A stretch of 64,000 nt of DNA from Pseudomonadota bacterium (GTDB lineage: Bacteria > Myxococcota > JACRCW01 > JAFGSX01), in the NCBI GenBank assembly GCA_043821645.1, contig JBDRCO010000070.1:1-64000 (forward strand). Direction: 5' to 3'. A model generated the notes under the pieces. It did not search any database. It was not told where the DNA came from and saw nothing but the letters and a program-made list of their open reading frames with translations. Shown here piece after piece: positions 1-9,853 of this stretch. The translations under genes were made by a program, and so were the position numbers. The first letter of the stretch is position 1; each line of letters starts with the position of its first letter.

Positions 1-563
1 TCGCCCACCAGCAGGACGGCACCCGGTCGCAGCAGAGCGACGGGCGTCCCGTGATCACAGACCTCGACCAGGGCCAGCCCGCGGCGCGACTCGCCGGGAC
101 CGCGGAGCGTGGCGCGGGTCACGGTCAGGCGGCAGACCGAGCCCTCCGCCGTCGGACCCACCGGGAGCACCAGGGCCTCGGTGAGCAGCTGCCACGGTCG
201 CTCGGCGCCCACGCGCAGCTCGATGCGATCGTCGCTGCGCCAGCGCAGGCCCAGGGACTCTCGTTCTGGAAAGCCCTCGAGGGCCGGTGTGGCCTCGAAC
301 CGAACACCCACTGCGACAGCCCCCCCTGCGGGTTCTTCGAAGCGCGGCAAAGCATCGTCCCGCTCGCCTCGCCATAACTGGGCGGCGTAGGCATAGCGAC
401 GCGGAGGGGGTGCGCCGGGCTCCGACAGGTCCACGAAGCTCGCGACAAGGCCGCGGGGGGGGCCACCGCGGGCCTCGGCAACCCAGGCGAGGGCCAGTGA
501 CGAGGGTTGTCCATCGCCAGCTGCCGCGGTCAGCGCACAGAACAGGGGTGCCGCGATCCACAT
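1..563 (-). CDS. Hypothetical exported protein, 3' end runs off the window start
   Basis: Manual translation from ATG at 563: [33 protein letters not shown]...[23 protein letters not shown], open to position 1. Signal-peptide-like N-terminus; divergent from the cyclophilin. Not in the ORF track because no stop falls inside the window. Confidence 0.6.
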   Translation of the reverse strand, partial: MWIAAPLFCALTAAAGDGQPSSLALAWVAEARGGPPRGLVASFVDLSEPGAPPPRRYAYAAQLWRGERDDALPRFEEPAGGAVAVGVRFEATPALEGFPERESLGLRWRSDDRIELRVGAERPWQLLTEALVLPVGPTAEGSVCRLTVTRATLRGPGESRRGLALVEVCDHGTPVALLRPGAVLLVG

Positions 564-676
564 CTGCGCAGGGTAGCGTCGCCCTCGCGCCGAGACAACG
601 AAGCATGTATGCGCCTTGCGGGGTACGCCCAGGCTGGCTATGGATCGTGCTTCACTTCACCGGATGGGGATACCTC

Positions 677-1231
677 ATGACAGACTTCGGAGTTCAGGCA
701 GGGCAGAAGCTGTACGCCACCTTCAAGACTTCAATGGGCGACATGGTGGCCGAGCTTTACTGGGACAAGGCGCCAAAGACCGTGGCCAACTTCGTGGGTC
801 TGGCCGAGGGCACCAAGGAGTGGACCCACCCTGGCACCGGCGACAAGCAGGTGGGCACGCCGCTGTACAACGGCACGATCTTTCACCGCGTGATCTCCAA
901 GTTCATGATCCAGGGTGGCGATCCGCTGGGCCGGGGCACCGGCGGACCGGGCTACCGTTTCGAGGACGAGTTCCACCCCGACCTCAAGCACACGGGACCT
1001 GGCATCCTGAGCATGGCCAACTCGGGCCCCAACACCAACGGCTCGCAGTTCTTCATCTGTGAGGTGGCCACCGCGTGGCTGGACAACAAGCACTCGGTTT
1101 TCGGCAAGGTGGTGGAGGGCGTCGACCTGATCGCCAAGATCACCAACGTGCCGCGCAGCAAGCAGGACAAGCCCAACCAGGACATCGTGCTGCAGCAGGT
1201 GCTCATCGGCCGCGGAGAGCCGGCGCGCTGA
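677..1231 (+). CDS. Cyclophilin-type peptidyl-prolyl cis-trans isomerase
   Basis: Motifs [54 protein letters not shown] at 677 follows GGGGA; the track ORF starting at 287 is over-extended. Confidence 0.97.
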   Translation: MTDFGVQAGQKLYATFKTSMGDMVAELYWDKAPKTVANFVGLAEGTKEWTHPGTGDKQVGTPLYNGTIFHRVISKFMIQGGDPLGRGTGGPGYRFEDEFHPDLKHTGPGILSMANSGPNTNGSQFFICEVATAWLDNKHSVFGKVVEGVDLIAKITNVPRSKQDKPNQDIVLQQVLIGRGEPAR

Positions 1232-1235
1232 CCGC

Positions 1236-1796
1236 ATGGGTCCGCATCACAAGCGCGTGATCGCCGTGGTGGGCTCCAGCAAGCCCTCACCACACTCCCT
1301 TGAACTCGCCCGCGAGGTGGGGCGCCTCGTCGTGGAGCACGGCTGCTCGCTGGTCTGCGGCGGGCTCGGCGGCATCATGGACGCTGCCTGTCAGGGCGCC
1401 CAGGAGGCCAAGGCCGAGCTGCTGGCGGCGAGTCCGGGGCTCGACCCGCCGCAGGTCATCGGTGTGTTGCCGGGCGCGGACAAGACCTCGGCCAACCCCC
1501 ACGTCGACGTCGTTTTCCCCACCGCCATGGGCTACACGCGCAACGCTCTGGTGGTGCTGTGCGCCGACGGCGTCATCGCCATCGAGGGCGGCAGTGGCAC
1601 CCTGAGCGAGATCGCCTACGCCTGGCAGTTTGGCAAACCCGTGGCCGCCCTCGTGCCTTCGGGGGGCTGGGCCGCACGCCTGGCCGGCGAGCAGCTCGAC
1701 GAGAAGCGCCCGGATTGCGTCCACAGTGCCCGGGACGCCCGCGAGGCCGTCAGCTTCATCGTCGGTCAGATGGGCGTCACAGGCGAGCAGCGCTGA
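1236..1796 (+). CDS. LOG / TIGR00725-family Rossmann-fold nucleotide-binding protein
   Basis: IAVVGSS, LVCGGLGGIMDAACQGA, RNALVV, GGSGTLSEIAYA; starts 4 nt after the cyclophilin stop. Confidence 0.88.
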   Translation: MGPHHKRVIAVVGSSKPSPHSLELAREVGRLVVEHGCSLVCGGLGGIMDAACQGAQEAKAELLAASPGLDPPQVIGVLPGADKTSANPHVDVVFPTAMGYTRNALVVLCADGVIAIEGGSGTLSEIAYAWQFGKPVAALVPSGGWAARLAGEQLDEKRPDCVHSARDAREAVSFIVGQMGVTGEQR

Positions 1797-1847
1797 TTTG
1801 TGATCCGCACCAGCTCTGGCGCCTCACGTCATGCGCCTCGGCGTCAG

Positions 1848-3050
1848 CTAACCCTTGTTCTTGCAGGCGGGCATGCCTCCCTGCCAGATGCAGTCCTGGC
1901 CAGGACTGCAGCAGAGGACCGAATTTCCGACCCAGCACAGGGTGGACCCATCCGAGGCGCTGCATCCACTGCCCGCGGTGGGCAGGCATGCGATCGTGTT
2001 GCTGTCGATGGACTGGCAACAACCCTTGGGGGAAACGCACAGATAGCCCACCGGGCAGGGCTTATTTTCGTTGTCCTCACACACGCATCGGGTCGTCAGC
2101 CCGCTGCAGCTCGGACCACCGCCCCCTCCGGTGAAGGGACACGCGCCCTGGTCGCAGCTACACTGGCCGGCAATGACCTCACCACAGACTTCGCCAGCCT
2201 GGCAGCTCGTGTTGCAGAAGCCGCAGTTGTCTTCGTCCGTGGCCAGATCCACACACAGCCCCAGGCAATTAGTGTCGTTGTCATTGGGGCAGATGCTGCT
2301 GGCGTCGACGCCGGAGCTCGCGCTGTCCCGGGCGGTGCCGAGATCCCATCCCGAGGATGCATCGGTCCAGGGCGACGCGATGTCCGTGCCGGGTCCCGAC
2401 TCGGACCAGGAGGCCGAATCGTGGACCAGGTAGACGTCGAAACTTCCCCCTGACTCGTAGCCAAAAGCGTGGTCGAAGCCAGAACTGCTGTCGGGACCCT
2501 GTCCGGAGTCGGAAAAGGCGCCCCGGTCGGAGGGTGCAGAGCTGTCGACAGGGCTGCCTCCCTCGACAAACACCGCGCTGTCCACCCCCGCCCAGGGGCC
2601 ATCGATCACAGTGCGGACATCAGCGAGGATCGGGCCGTCGACAAACGGCGCGCCATCTGTCGTCGTCACCGCCATATCGATACTCTGGTTGTCGTGCCGG
2701 GCAGTCTCCGTGCCTTCGCGATCAGGTGGCTCGCGGTCCCGGGTCGAGCGATCCGTTGCGACCACATCGCGCCCCCGGAGGTCCAGAATGACCGTGTCCG
2801 CCGCAGCCAGATCCGTGACCTCGGCGTCGAGGACGGACGCCTCTTGCCGCGGTCCGTCCACCGCACTGGCGTCGCGAACGGGGATCACGACGGGTGCACA
2901 GTAATTGTGCGCCGGGTCGCAGACATAGCCGGCGGGACAGCCACCCCCTGAGCCGCAGGGCGTCGTCGAGATCGGGGGAGTGCAGGCCGCAACGAGGACC
3001 AGCAGCACGCTGGCGCTCGGACCGACACGGGCTTGGTGATGTGCTGGCAT
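1848..3050 (-). CDS. Cys-rich lipoprotein with a long Asp-periodic linker
   Basis: Lipobox VLLVLVAAC; N-terminal CGSGGGCPAGYVCDPAHNYC; ~190-aa acidic linker; C-terminal CLGLCVDLATDEDNCGFCNTSC (myxobacterial Cys-rich repeat). Start moved to ATG 3050. Confidence 0.8.
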   Translation of the reverse strand: MPAHHQARVGPSASVLLVLVAACTPPISTTPCGSGGGCPAGYVCDPAHNYCAPVVIPVRDASAVDGPRQEASVLDAEVTDLAAADTVILDLRGRDVVATDRSTRDREPPDREGTETARHDNQSIDMAVTTTDGAPFVDGPILADVRTVIDGPWAGVDSAVFVEGGSPVDSSAPSDRGAFSDSGQGPDSSSGFDHAFGYESGGSFDVYLVHDSASWSESGPGTDIASPWTDASSGWDLGTARDSASSGVDASSICPNDNDTNCLGLCVDLATDEDNCGFCNTSCQAGEVCGEVIAGQCSCDQGACPFTGGGGGPSCSGLTTRCVCEDNENKPCPVGYLCVSPKGCCQSIDSNTIACLPTAGSGCSASDGSTLCWVGNSVLCCSPGQDCIWQGGMPACKNKG

Positions 3051-3174
3051 CAGACCCCCGGCACCTCTCCTGGAATCCGCATATTGTAGCGCAGCTGTGG
3101 ACCGCGTGCGCTGGGAACGATGGTGCACCGACACCAGGAGCTTCACCGCCCGGATCCCAGGTGGGGCGCGGTGC

Positions 3175-5436
3175 TCAGCCTCCGTCGAGGAGCTGACGCA
3201 GGTGTCGCGCCAGGGTCTGCAGATCGAAGGGTTTCTGGAGTAAGGGCGCGTCCTGGGCTGGCAACCCACGGCCCTCGAGGGTCCAGTCCGTGTGACCCGA
3301 CATGAACAGCACCTTGAGACCGGGTGCAAGCTCGCGCAGCTGGCGCACCGCCTCGACACCCCCCATCTCGGGCATCACCACGTCGGTGAGCACGAGCCCG
3401 ATGCGGTCCGCATGCTCGCGGAAGCGCTCGAGCGCCCGCACACCGTTGTCCGCCTCCACCACCTGGTAGCCGAGCTTGCCAAGCTGCCTGGCCAGCAAGC
3501 TGCGCAGCTGCTCCTCGTCCTCGACCAGCAGCACGGTCTCGTTCCCCTGCGCCAGGTCTGTCTGCCGTGGTGGACTGCCATCGCGCCCCGCAGGCATCCC
3601 GGATTCTTCGAGCTGTGGCAAGGTCACCAGGAAGCGACTGCCCTGGCCTGGAGTGCTGTGAACGTGGATGGCGCCACCGCTCTGGCTGACGATCCCGTAC
3701 ACCGTGGCCAGGCCCAGCCCCGTGCCCTGGCCGAGCTGCTTGGTGGTGAAGAAGGGCTCGAACACCCTGGCCATGACCTCGGGCGACATGCCCTCCCCCG
3801 TGTCGGAGACCTCGAGCACCACGCAGTGCCCCGGCAGGCTCCCCACCCGCTCTGGAAAGTGCTCGGCCGTGCAGGGCTCGCTGCGCGTCGCGATGGTGAG
3901 CACACCGCCCTCTGGCATGGCATCCGAGCCGTTGATCGCGAGGTTGAGGATCACCTGTTCGATCTGGCTCAGGTCCGCCTCGATGTGACCGAGCCTGGCA
4001 TCGAGAGCGAGTTCCAGGCGGATGTCTTCGCGGATCAGGCGCCCCAGCATGGAGGACATGCCCTCGAGCACCTGATTGAGCTGCAGCGGTTGCGGGAACA
4101 GGGTCTGCCGGCGTCCAAAGGCAAGGAGCTGCCGGGTCAGGGCCGAGGCGCGTTCCCCTGCCGCGCGGATCTGCCGCACGTCGCCCGCAGCGTCGGAGCC
4201 CGGGTCCAGACCCATGAGCGCGACCTCGCAGTTGCCGATGATGACGGCGAGCAGGTTGTTGAAGTCATGCGCCACCCCACCCGCGAGCTGCCCCACGGCC
4301 TCCATCTTCTGGGCCTGGCGCAGCTGGTCCTGCAGGCGGTGGCGGTCTCCGGTGTCGACGACGAGGCCGATGAGCCCGGTGGTCGAACCGTGCTCGTCGT
4401 GCAGGGGCGCGGTGGACACGCTGGCCGTGACCGTCCTGCCCGTGCGGTGAGGAAGCTCCATCTCGTAGTCGATCAAGATCTCGTCGATGGACTCCGGATG
4501 ACCGCGCTGCATGGCATCGATCAAGGGATTGAAGCCACCAAGCAGCTCATGCTCCTCCCAGCCGAAGATCCGCTCGGCGGCCGGGTTCCACATGGTGATG
4601 CGGCCCTCGCCATCCTGCATGAAGGCCGCCGCAGGCGAGGACTGGACAAAGGCGTGCAGGGTGTCGCTGCGCCGCCTGAGCTCGGTCGTGCGCTCGATCA
4701 CCCGCCGCTGCAGACCTCGCTTGGTGGCCAGGAGCTCAAACTCCGCGCCCTGCAGATCGCGCATCCGCTTCTCGAGGGCGCGCTCGTTCTGGTAGCGCAG
4801 CAAGCTCCCCACCAGACCAAGACCGGCGATGCACACGAGGAGACCCAAGGGCATGAGGACCAGTGTGTAGGTGATGTCGTGCTGCAGCACAGGCAGCAGC
4901 AGCACGAACAGGATGCACGCCAGGTTGGTCAGCAGCCCCCCCCGCATGGAGACCGTGTAGGTGCTGAGCATCATGGGGAGTGCGAGCCAGCTCAGGGTCA
5001 TCACCAGCTCGAGCAGTTCGCGCCTGGTGGCCACGAAGGTATGCCCCATGGCAGGGACGCAGAGCGCGACGATGGACAGTCCGGCGGCCAGGCGCTGGTA
5101 GGGCGTGCGGCTGAGCACGTAGCTCGCCGCGCCGAGCAGCGTGCAGATCAGGAGCGGCGTGTTCCATTCGTGTCGGTTGAGCCGGACAGCGACGGTCCCG
5201 ATCAGTGCGGCCAGGGTCAGGAACAGCATGATCCCGGCCAGCAGGCGAGCTCGCAGCCGGGCTTCGGCCGGAGCGACCCGGGGCGAGGGTTCGATGAGCC
5301 AGCGCCACGGAGCCCGGGAGGGGAGTGCCAGCGGGATCCGCGTGATGACGCTCTCGTCGTCAAAGCCAGTGTCGTTGCCACCCCAGCTGGGATCCGGCGA
5401 GGATACTGGCGGTGGGAGATCGTTGAGCGTCGCCAC
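3175..5436 (-). CDS. Membrane-bound hybrid sensor histidine kinase (TM-PAS-HisKA-HATPase-REC, CckA-like)
   Basis: Several TM helices; PAS (WNPAAERIFGW); H-box GGVAHDFNNLL; FEPFFTTK and GTGLGLATV; receiver LLVEDE...TDVVMP...KPF. Likely GTG start at 5436 after GGGGAA (track start 5487). Confidence 0.93.
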   Translation of the reverse strand: MATLNDLPPPVSSPDPSWGGNDTGFDDESVITRIPLALPSRAPWRWLIEPSPRVAPAEARLRARLLAGIMLFLTLAALIGTVAVRLNRHEWNTPLLICTLLGAASYVLSRTPYQRLAAGLSIVALCVPAMGHTFVATRRELLELVMTLSWLALPMMLSTYTVSMRGGLLTNLACILFVLLLPVLQHDITYTLVLMPLGLLVCIAGLGLVGSLLRYQNERALEKRMRDLQGAEFELLATKRGLQRRVIERTTELRRRSDTLHAFVQSSPAAAFMQDGEGRITMWNPAAERIFGWEEHELLGGFNPLIDAMQRGHPESIDEILIDYEMELPHRTGRTVTASVSTAPLHDEHGSTTGLIGLVVDTGDRHRLQDQLRQAQKMEAVGQLAGGVAHDFNNLLAVIIGNCEVALMGLDPGSDAAGDVRQIRAAGERASALTRQLLAFGRRQTLFPQPLQLNQVLEGMSSMLGRLIREDIRLELALDARLGHIEADLSQIEQVILNLAINGSDAMPEGGVLTIATRSEPCTAEHFPERVGSLPGHCVVLEVSDTGEGMSPEVMARVFEPFFTTKQLGQGTGLGLATVYGIVSQSGGAIHVHSTPGQGSRFLVTLPQLEESGMPAGRDGSPPRQTDLAQGNETVLLVEDEEQLRSLLARQLGKLGYQVVEADNGVRALERFREHADRIGLVLTDVVMPEMGGVEAVRQLRELAPGLKVLFMSGHTDWTLEGRGLPAQDAPLLQKPFDLQTLARHLRQLLDGG

Positions 5437-5561
5437 TGAGTTTCCCCTGGCACCAGGGCAGAACAGGCCGAGCACGTGCCGCCACACAGGCTAGTCGATC
5501 GCGCGCGAGTCGAGAAGGGATTGACGCCGTTAGGGAATCAGGTCCTGCAGGTGTGGAGTAT

Positions 5562-6581
5562 TCAGCCCAGGGCGGCGAGCTCTTGTGGGGTATTGACGTT
5601 GCCCCAGGCGGCATGGAGCTCGGACGGAACGGAAGCACGGTGCATCCGCGGGCGTCCGGCCAGGGCGGCGGGACCGACCCTGCCCTCACGCGCCAGAGCC
5701 TCAAGGGCGCTCCGGCTGCCAGGTTCGTACACCGCGAACAAGGGTTCGATGTGTTCGCCGTCGAGGGATGGGAGCACCGCAGAGCGGCCCGGAGCGCGCT
5801 GGGAGAGCAGCCACTGCACGGCCTCGGCTGTGAGCAGGGGCATGTCGCAGGCCACGATCAACCACGCCGCTGTGGGAGCCCAGCGCTGGGCAGCCAGCAA
5901 GCCGGCCAGGGGACCCTCGGAGTCCGGTGCGTCGACGAGTCGCGGCAACTCCTCCGCGCTTTTCACCTCCCCAGCCCCGAGCAGCACGATACACCCGGCA
6001 TGGGGCCCCAGGACCTGCACGGTGGCTTCGAGGACGCTGCGGCCGCGGTGCACGAGGTTCTGCTTGGGGTGGCCCATACGCGCGCTCTGCCCCCCCACCA
6101 GCACTCCGGCGTGCAGCGGACGGGCGCACCAGCTTTTTGCCAGCCAGGCTTCGACCTGCAGGCGGGCGCGCTCGAGGCGTGAGCCATCGCGGGGCAAGAC
6201 CTCGAGCACGGCCTCGATGTCCTCGGGTGGCCTGACCTCGTCCTCGCCGAGCAGCCACAGCTTGGGCAGGTCCACGTGCTTGTGGCCCTCGACCAGGATC
6301 AGGTCATGATCATGCTCGAGCGCCGCAATCTGCTCAGATAGGCTCCACGCACGGGCGCCGTGACGTCTCAGCATCTGCTGCTCGGGCGCAGACAGCACCA
6401 CGTCCGCCCCAGCCTGGAACAGGCGGTCCGAGTCCTTGCCCGGTCTGTCGACGTCGACACCGTGGGCGTCGTGCTTGATCACCGCCACCGCCAGTCCGCT
6501 GCGGACCAGCGACGGGATCAGTGCCTCGAGCAGGGTGGTCTTGCCTGCTCCGCTGTGACCGGCGATGGCGAGGACCGGCAT
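5562..6581 (-). CDS. mobB: MobB-MobA fusion (molybdopterin-guanine dinucleotide biosynthesis protein B + Mo cofactor guanylyltransferase)
   Basis: N-half: GHSGAGKTT, IKHDAHGVDVDRPGKDS, LILVEG (MobB). C-half: LVGGQSARMGHPK, GPLAGL, VACDMP, EPLFAVY, NVNTPQE (MobA). Confidence 0.92.
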   Translation of the reverse strand: MPVLAIAGHSGAGKTTLLEALIPSLVRSGLAVAVIKHDAHGVDVDRPGKDSDRLFQAGADVVLSAPEQQMLRRHGARAWSLSEQIAALEHDHDLILVEGHKHVDLPKLWLLGEDEVRPPEDIEAVLEVLPRDGSRLERARLQVEAWLAKSWCARPLHAGVLVGGQSARMGHPKQNLVHRGRSVLEATVQVLGPHAGCIVLLGAGEVKSAEELPRLVDAPDSEGPLAGLLAAQRWAPTAAWLIVACDMPLLTAEAVQWLLSQRAPGRSAVLPSLDGEHIEPLFAVYEPGSRSALEALAREGRVGPAALAGRPRMHRASVPSELHAAWGNVNTPQELAALG

Positions 6582-8110
6582 CAGTTGGCCGGTTTCTTCT
6601 CCGGAGGCGGGGTGGCGGGTCTGGCCTGGGCCGCCTGGGCCTGGAGCGCCTGCATCATCTGCTGCTCCTGCTGCTTCTGCTGGAGCTGCTTCATCAGGCC
6701 GGCGCGCACCTCGGGGGGAAGGGAGTTGAGGGCCTCGGGGCTCAGGTTGGGCATGCCGCCACCACCGCCGGCGGGCTCAGGTCGCCTCTTGAAGCTGTCG
6801 AGCCCACCGAGCAGGTTACTGCGCACGTAGCTGGTCAGCAGGTAGACGGCATCGTCGATGTTGCCCACGCCGTACACCACGTCCCGGCTCTCGTCCTTGA
6901 GCTCGCCACCGAACACCAGGCGCACCTGGCTCTTGTCGTCGAGGACCGCGGTGATGGATGCCTTGGATCCCGGGATGCCGGCCTTGGCCCTGTCCACGTC
7001 GCTGGCCACGCGAAGGGCACGGGCATTGGTCAGGGCGCCCAGGCGCCGGTCCACCGCCATGGGATCCAGCTCGAAGTCCGCGGGGATTTTCTCGCTGCTC
7101 TTTTTGATGCGCCAGTCCGCCCCTTGCTTCTCGAACTCGAGCAGGCTCTTTCCGTCGACGAGCACGAGGGATTTGACCTTGTCCTTGTCGAGCTGGATCA
7201 GGGTCAGCTCGCGCAGATCCGTGACCTGCTTGCGCAGGTTCTTGACCGCGTAGTCGGCCAGCAGCACCACGTCGGACTTGCCGTCGACACGGGCGTGGGT
7301 CTTGGTGCCGGAGGCCGCGCCCAGGCGCAGCTCGCCCTTGAGGTCGTTCTTGCCGCTGAAGCGCAGCAGGTCCGCGCCCTGGCTCAGACCCGTGACCGCT
7401 TCGCCCGGATCCGTGTCGAGCACCGAAGTGGCGCGGGTATTGAACAGGCTCGACGCCAGGGTGCGCGCCGCAGCCTTGTCAAAGCGAAAACCTGCAGGCA
7501 GCACCTCGGGGTTCGAAAGCTCCCAGTCGCTCTCCTTCTTGATCAGGGTGTACGGAGCAGCGCCCTGCAGCGCGACCTCGACCCGCTCCAGATCGTCAAC
7601 GGAGCCGCTGAACTGCTTGAGCTGGTACCAGGCGCTCTTGTCGCGCGAGAACAGGTAGGCAGAAGCTCCCTTGACCGCATAGACGGCGTTGCCCACGCGC
7701 ACGCTGCCATCGCCACCGCTGTTCTTGCCCACGATGAACTCGGCCACCGCCTTGCCTCCGGCCAGTGCCTTGACCTGCACGCCCTTGGCCTCGTCGACCT
7801 CGAGCTCCGCGAAGCGGTTGCTGTCGCTGGTGATGAGCGTGCTCGAGTCGATGGTGGGGATGGCATCGAGCAGGCGCTTGACCGCGTCGGCGTCGGCTGA
7901 CTTGCCATTGTCCAGGGTCCAGGCTCCGTCCTTTTGCATCAGAGTCACGGGCTTGGGACCCTGGATCTCGACACGGTCTATGGTTGCGGTGTCGACGCTG
8001 GCGAAGGAGATGCGGGTGATGCCGCGCTCGGGCTTGCGGTTGAGGCTGGTGACGGCCAGTGCCAGCAGGCCCGCGAACACCAGCACGGCGAGAATCGTGC
8101 TCTTCTTCAT
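6581..8110 (-). CDS. DUF4340-family protein, N-terminal membrane anchor, Gln-rich C-terminal tail
   Basis: Lies downstream of the GldG-like gene, the usual DUF4340 position; repeated 'L-x-K-x-x-x-x-W' beta modules; tail QLQQKQQEQQMMQ. Confidence 0.75.
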   Translation of the reverse strand: MKKSTILAVLVFAGLLALAVTSLNRKPERGITRISFASVDTATIDRVEIQGPKPVTLMQKDGAWTLDNGKSADADAVKRLLDAIPTIDSSTLITSDSNRFAELEVDEAKGVQVKALAGGKAVAEFIVGKNSGGDGSVRVGNAVYAVKGASAYLFSRDKSAWYQLKQFSGSVDDLERVEVALQGAAPYTLIKKESDWELSNPEVLPAGFRFDKAAARTLASSLFNTRATSVLDTDPGEAVTGLSQGADLLRFSGKNDLKGELRLGAASGTKTHARVDGKSDVVLLADYAVKNLRKQVTDLRELTLIQLDKDKVKSLVLVDGKSLLEFEKQGADWRIKKSSEKIPADFELDPMAVDRRLGALTNARALRVASDVDRAKAGIPGSKASITAVLDDKSQVRLVFGGELKDESRDVVYGVGNIDDAVYLLTSYVRSNLLGGLDSFKRRPEPAGGGGGMPNLSPEALNSLPPEVRAGLMKQLQQKQQEQQMMQALQAQAAQARPATPPPEKKPAN

Positions 8111-8173
8111 GAGGCTTCTCCCGACCCGCGCAAGCTCCGAGGGCCTGCTGCAGGGGTGAATGCAGAGCGTGCT

Positions 8174-9817
8174 CTAGAGCGCCGCGTGCTGGCGACGGCC
8201 CTCGCGCATGCGCCAGCGCAGCAGGCCAAAGGCCACGAAGGCCAGGGGCAGGCCCACGATGTTGAAACCCTTGACCATGTTGCGGGTGCCGTCGCTGACC
8301 TCGTCGAGGGGGGCCGCAGCGAGGCCGCGCGCGCGCACCGCAAGCAGGGCGTCGTCGAGCACCATCCAGTCGAGCAGGTTGAGCATCAGGGCCTGGTTCC
8401 CCGGGGACATGAACTGGTCCAGCACGAAGGCGAAACCGCCGGCCACCAGGATGCGCGCGTCACCGGCCTGGGTCTTCGCCGTCGGGTCCACGGACATGCC
8501 GGTTTCTTCGGCCCCCTTGTGGAAGTAACTCTTCACCGGACCGCGCAGGGTGATCAACATGTCGCGTGGCGATGCCTGGCCCAGGGTGTCGCTGGTCCAG
8601 CGCTGCATGGGGTCCAGGTTGTAGGGCGGCGACTGCACCCAGCTCTCGGCGGAACTCTTGACCAGGATGTCGCCCTTGACCGCGCTGCCTTCGGGCAGGC
8701 TCAGGCTCAGGGGGGACATGAAGGCAAAGGACACCTGGGACAGACCCCGGGTCAGCGGGTGATCCGGGTCCAGGGCCTTGGGCACGGGCACGAAGGGGTA
8801 CTTGACCGGCTGTGCAATGCGCAGGAAGCCGCGCTGCTGCATCACCGACATGGTGGCGCACTCGGCGTCGAGGACCAGACCCGGATCGATCTTGACGCCG
8901 TAGCTCTCGAGCAGGGGCGCCAGGCCGCTGTCGATGGGATTGGCCTGCATGGTCTGCAGGTCAGGATCCACCGCCCCGAGCATGAAGGCCGCGGAGCGCC
9001 CTGACATGACGAACTGGTCGATGGCGCGTTGCTCGGCCTCGCTGAACGGGGTCTTGGGGCCGATGACCAGGATCGCATCGACGTCGTCACCTATGCTGGG
9101 AGTGCTGCTCAGGTCGAGGGTGGTGATGTCGTAGAGCTGACCCAGCAGACCGTAGATCTGACCCATTTCCTTCTGCACGTCGGGATTGTTGTGGCCCGTG
9201 ATGAGAGCGACCTTGGGCGCCTTGGCCCGGCTCACCTTGCGGATCATGGTCGTCAGGTCGTACTCGAGGCCCGCGGTGTCCTGCACCACAGGGATGACTT
9301 CCTTCTTGTCGCCGTGGCGGATGGCGATGCCCATGTAGGCGCGCTTGACCTCGATCTTGTCGTCCTCGTTGACGCGCACCTGCACCGGCGGGATGCCCAC
9401 GTTGCGCAGGTCGCGCTCGACGCTGGTCTCCTCGCGCACGGAGCGGCCAAAGATGTCCTGCTTGACCTCCTTCTTGGCCTCCTTGTCGGCCTCGGTCTCC
9501 TCGCTGAGGGGATCCACGAACTCGTAGCGCAGATTGCCCTTGCTCGCGGCGTAGTACTCCTCGAGCAGGTCCTTGACGTAGCGCGCGTTGGTCGAGTACG
9601 GCGGCGGCAAGTCGCGGCTGAAGTAAGCGGTGATGGTGACCGGGTCGCTCAGGTTCTTGACCAGGTCGCGGGTGGCCTGGCTCAGGGTGAACTCGCGATT
9701 GCGGGTCCAGTCGAGCCGGCCGAACAGGCCGACGCTGATGACGTTGAGCAACACCAGGCTGCCGATGATGGCGATCACCAGCACCGAGGTATCGAGGGTC
9801 TTCTTCTGGGTGGTCAT
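8174..9817 (-). CDS. GldG-family ABC transporter auxiliary/periplasmic component
   Basis: RLDWTRNREFTLSQAT, YEFVDP, LEYDLT, IDQFVMSG, NLLDWM; TM helices at both ends. Confidence 0.9.
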   Translation of the reverse strand: MTTQKKTLDTSVLVIAIIGSLVLLNVISVGLFGRLDWTRNREFTLSQATRDLVKNLSDPVTITAYFSRDLPPPYSTNARYVKDLLEEYYAASKGNLRYEFVDPLSEETEADKEAKKEVKQDIFGRSVREETSVERDLRNVGIPPVQVRVNEDDKIEVKRAYMGIAIRHGDKKEVIPVVQDTAGLEYDLTTMIRKVSRAKAPKVALITGHNNPDVQKEMGQIYGLLGQLYDITTLDLSSTPSIGDDVDAILVIGPKTPFSEAEQRAIDQFVMSGRSAAFMLGAVDPDLQTMQANPIDSGLAPLLESYGVKIDPGLVLDAECATMSVMQQRGFLRIAQPVKYPFVPVPKALDPDHPLTRGLSQVSFAFMSPLSLSLPEGSAVKGDILVKSSAESWVQSPPYNLDPMQRWTSDTLGQASPRDMLITLRGPVKSYFHKGAEETGMSVDPTAKTQAGDARILVAGGFAFVLDQFMSPGNQALMLNLLDWMVLDDALLAVRARGLAAAPLDEVSDGTRNMVKGFNIVGLPLAFVAFGLLRWRMREGRRQHAAL

Positions 9818-9853
9818 GCAGTCACCTCGTTCATTGCGTCGCTCGGCTCCGGC

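Noticed and set aside
287-676. Long N-terminal extensions in the ORF track (cyclophilin from 287; likewise nuoM from 56606, upp from 39772, arcE from 46370, methyltransferase from 41969)
   Set aside because: The extensions are Arg/Pro-rich and mostly overlap neighbouring genes; downstream ATGs match where family homology begins.
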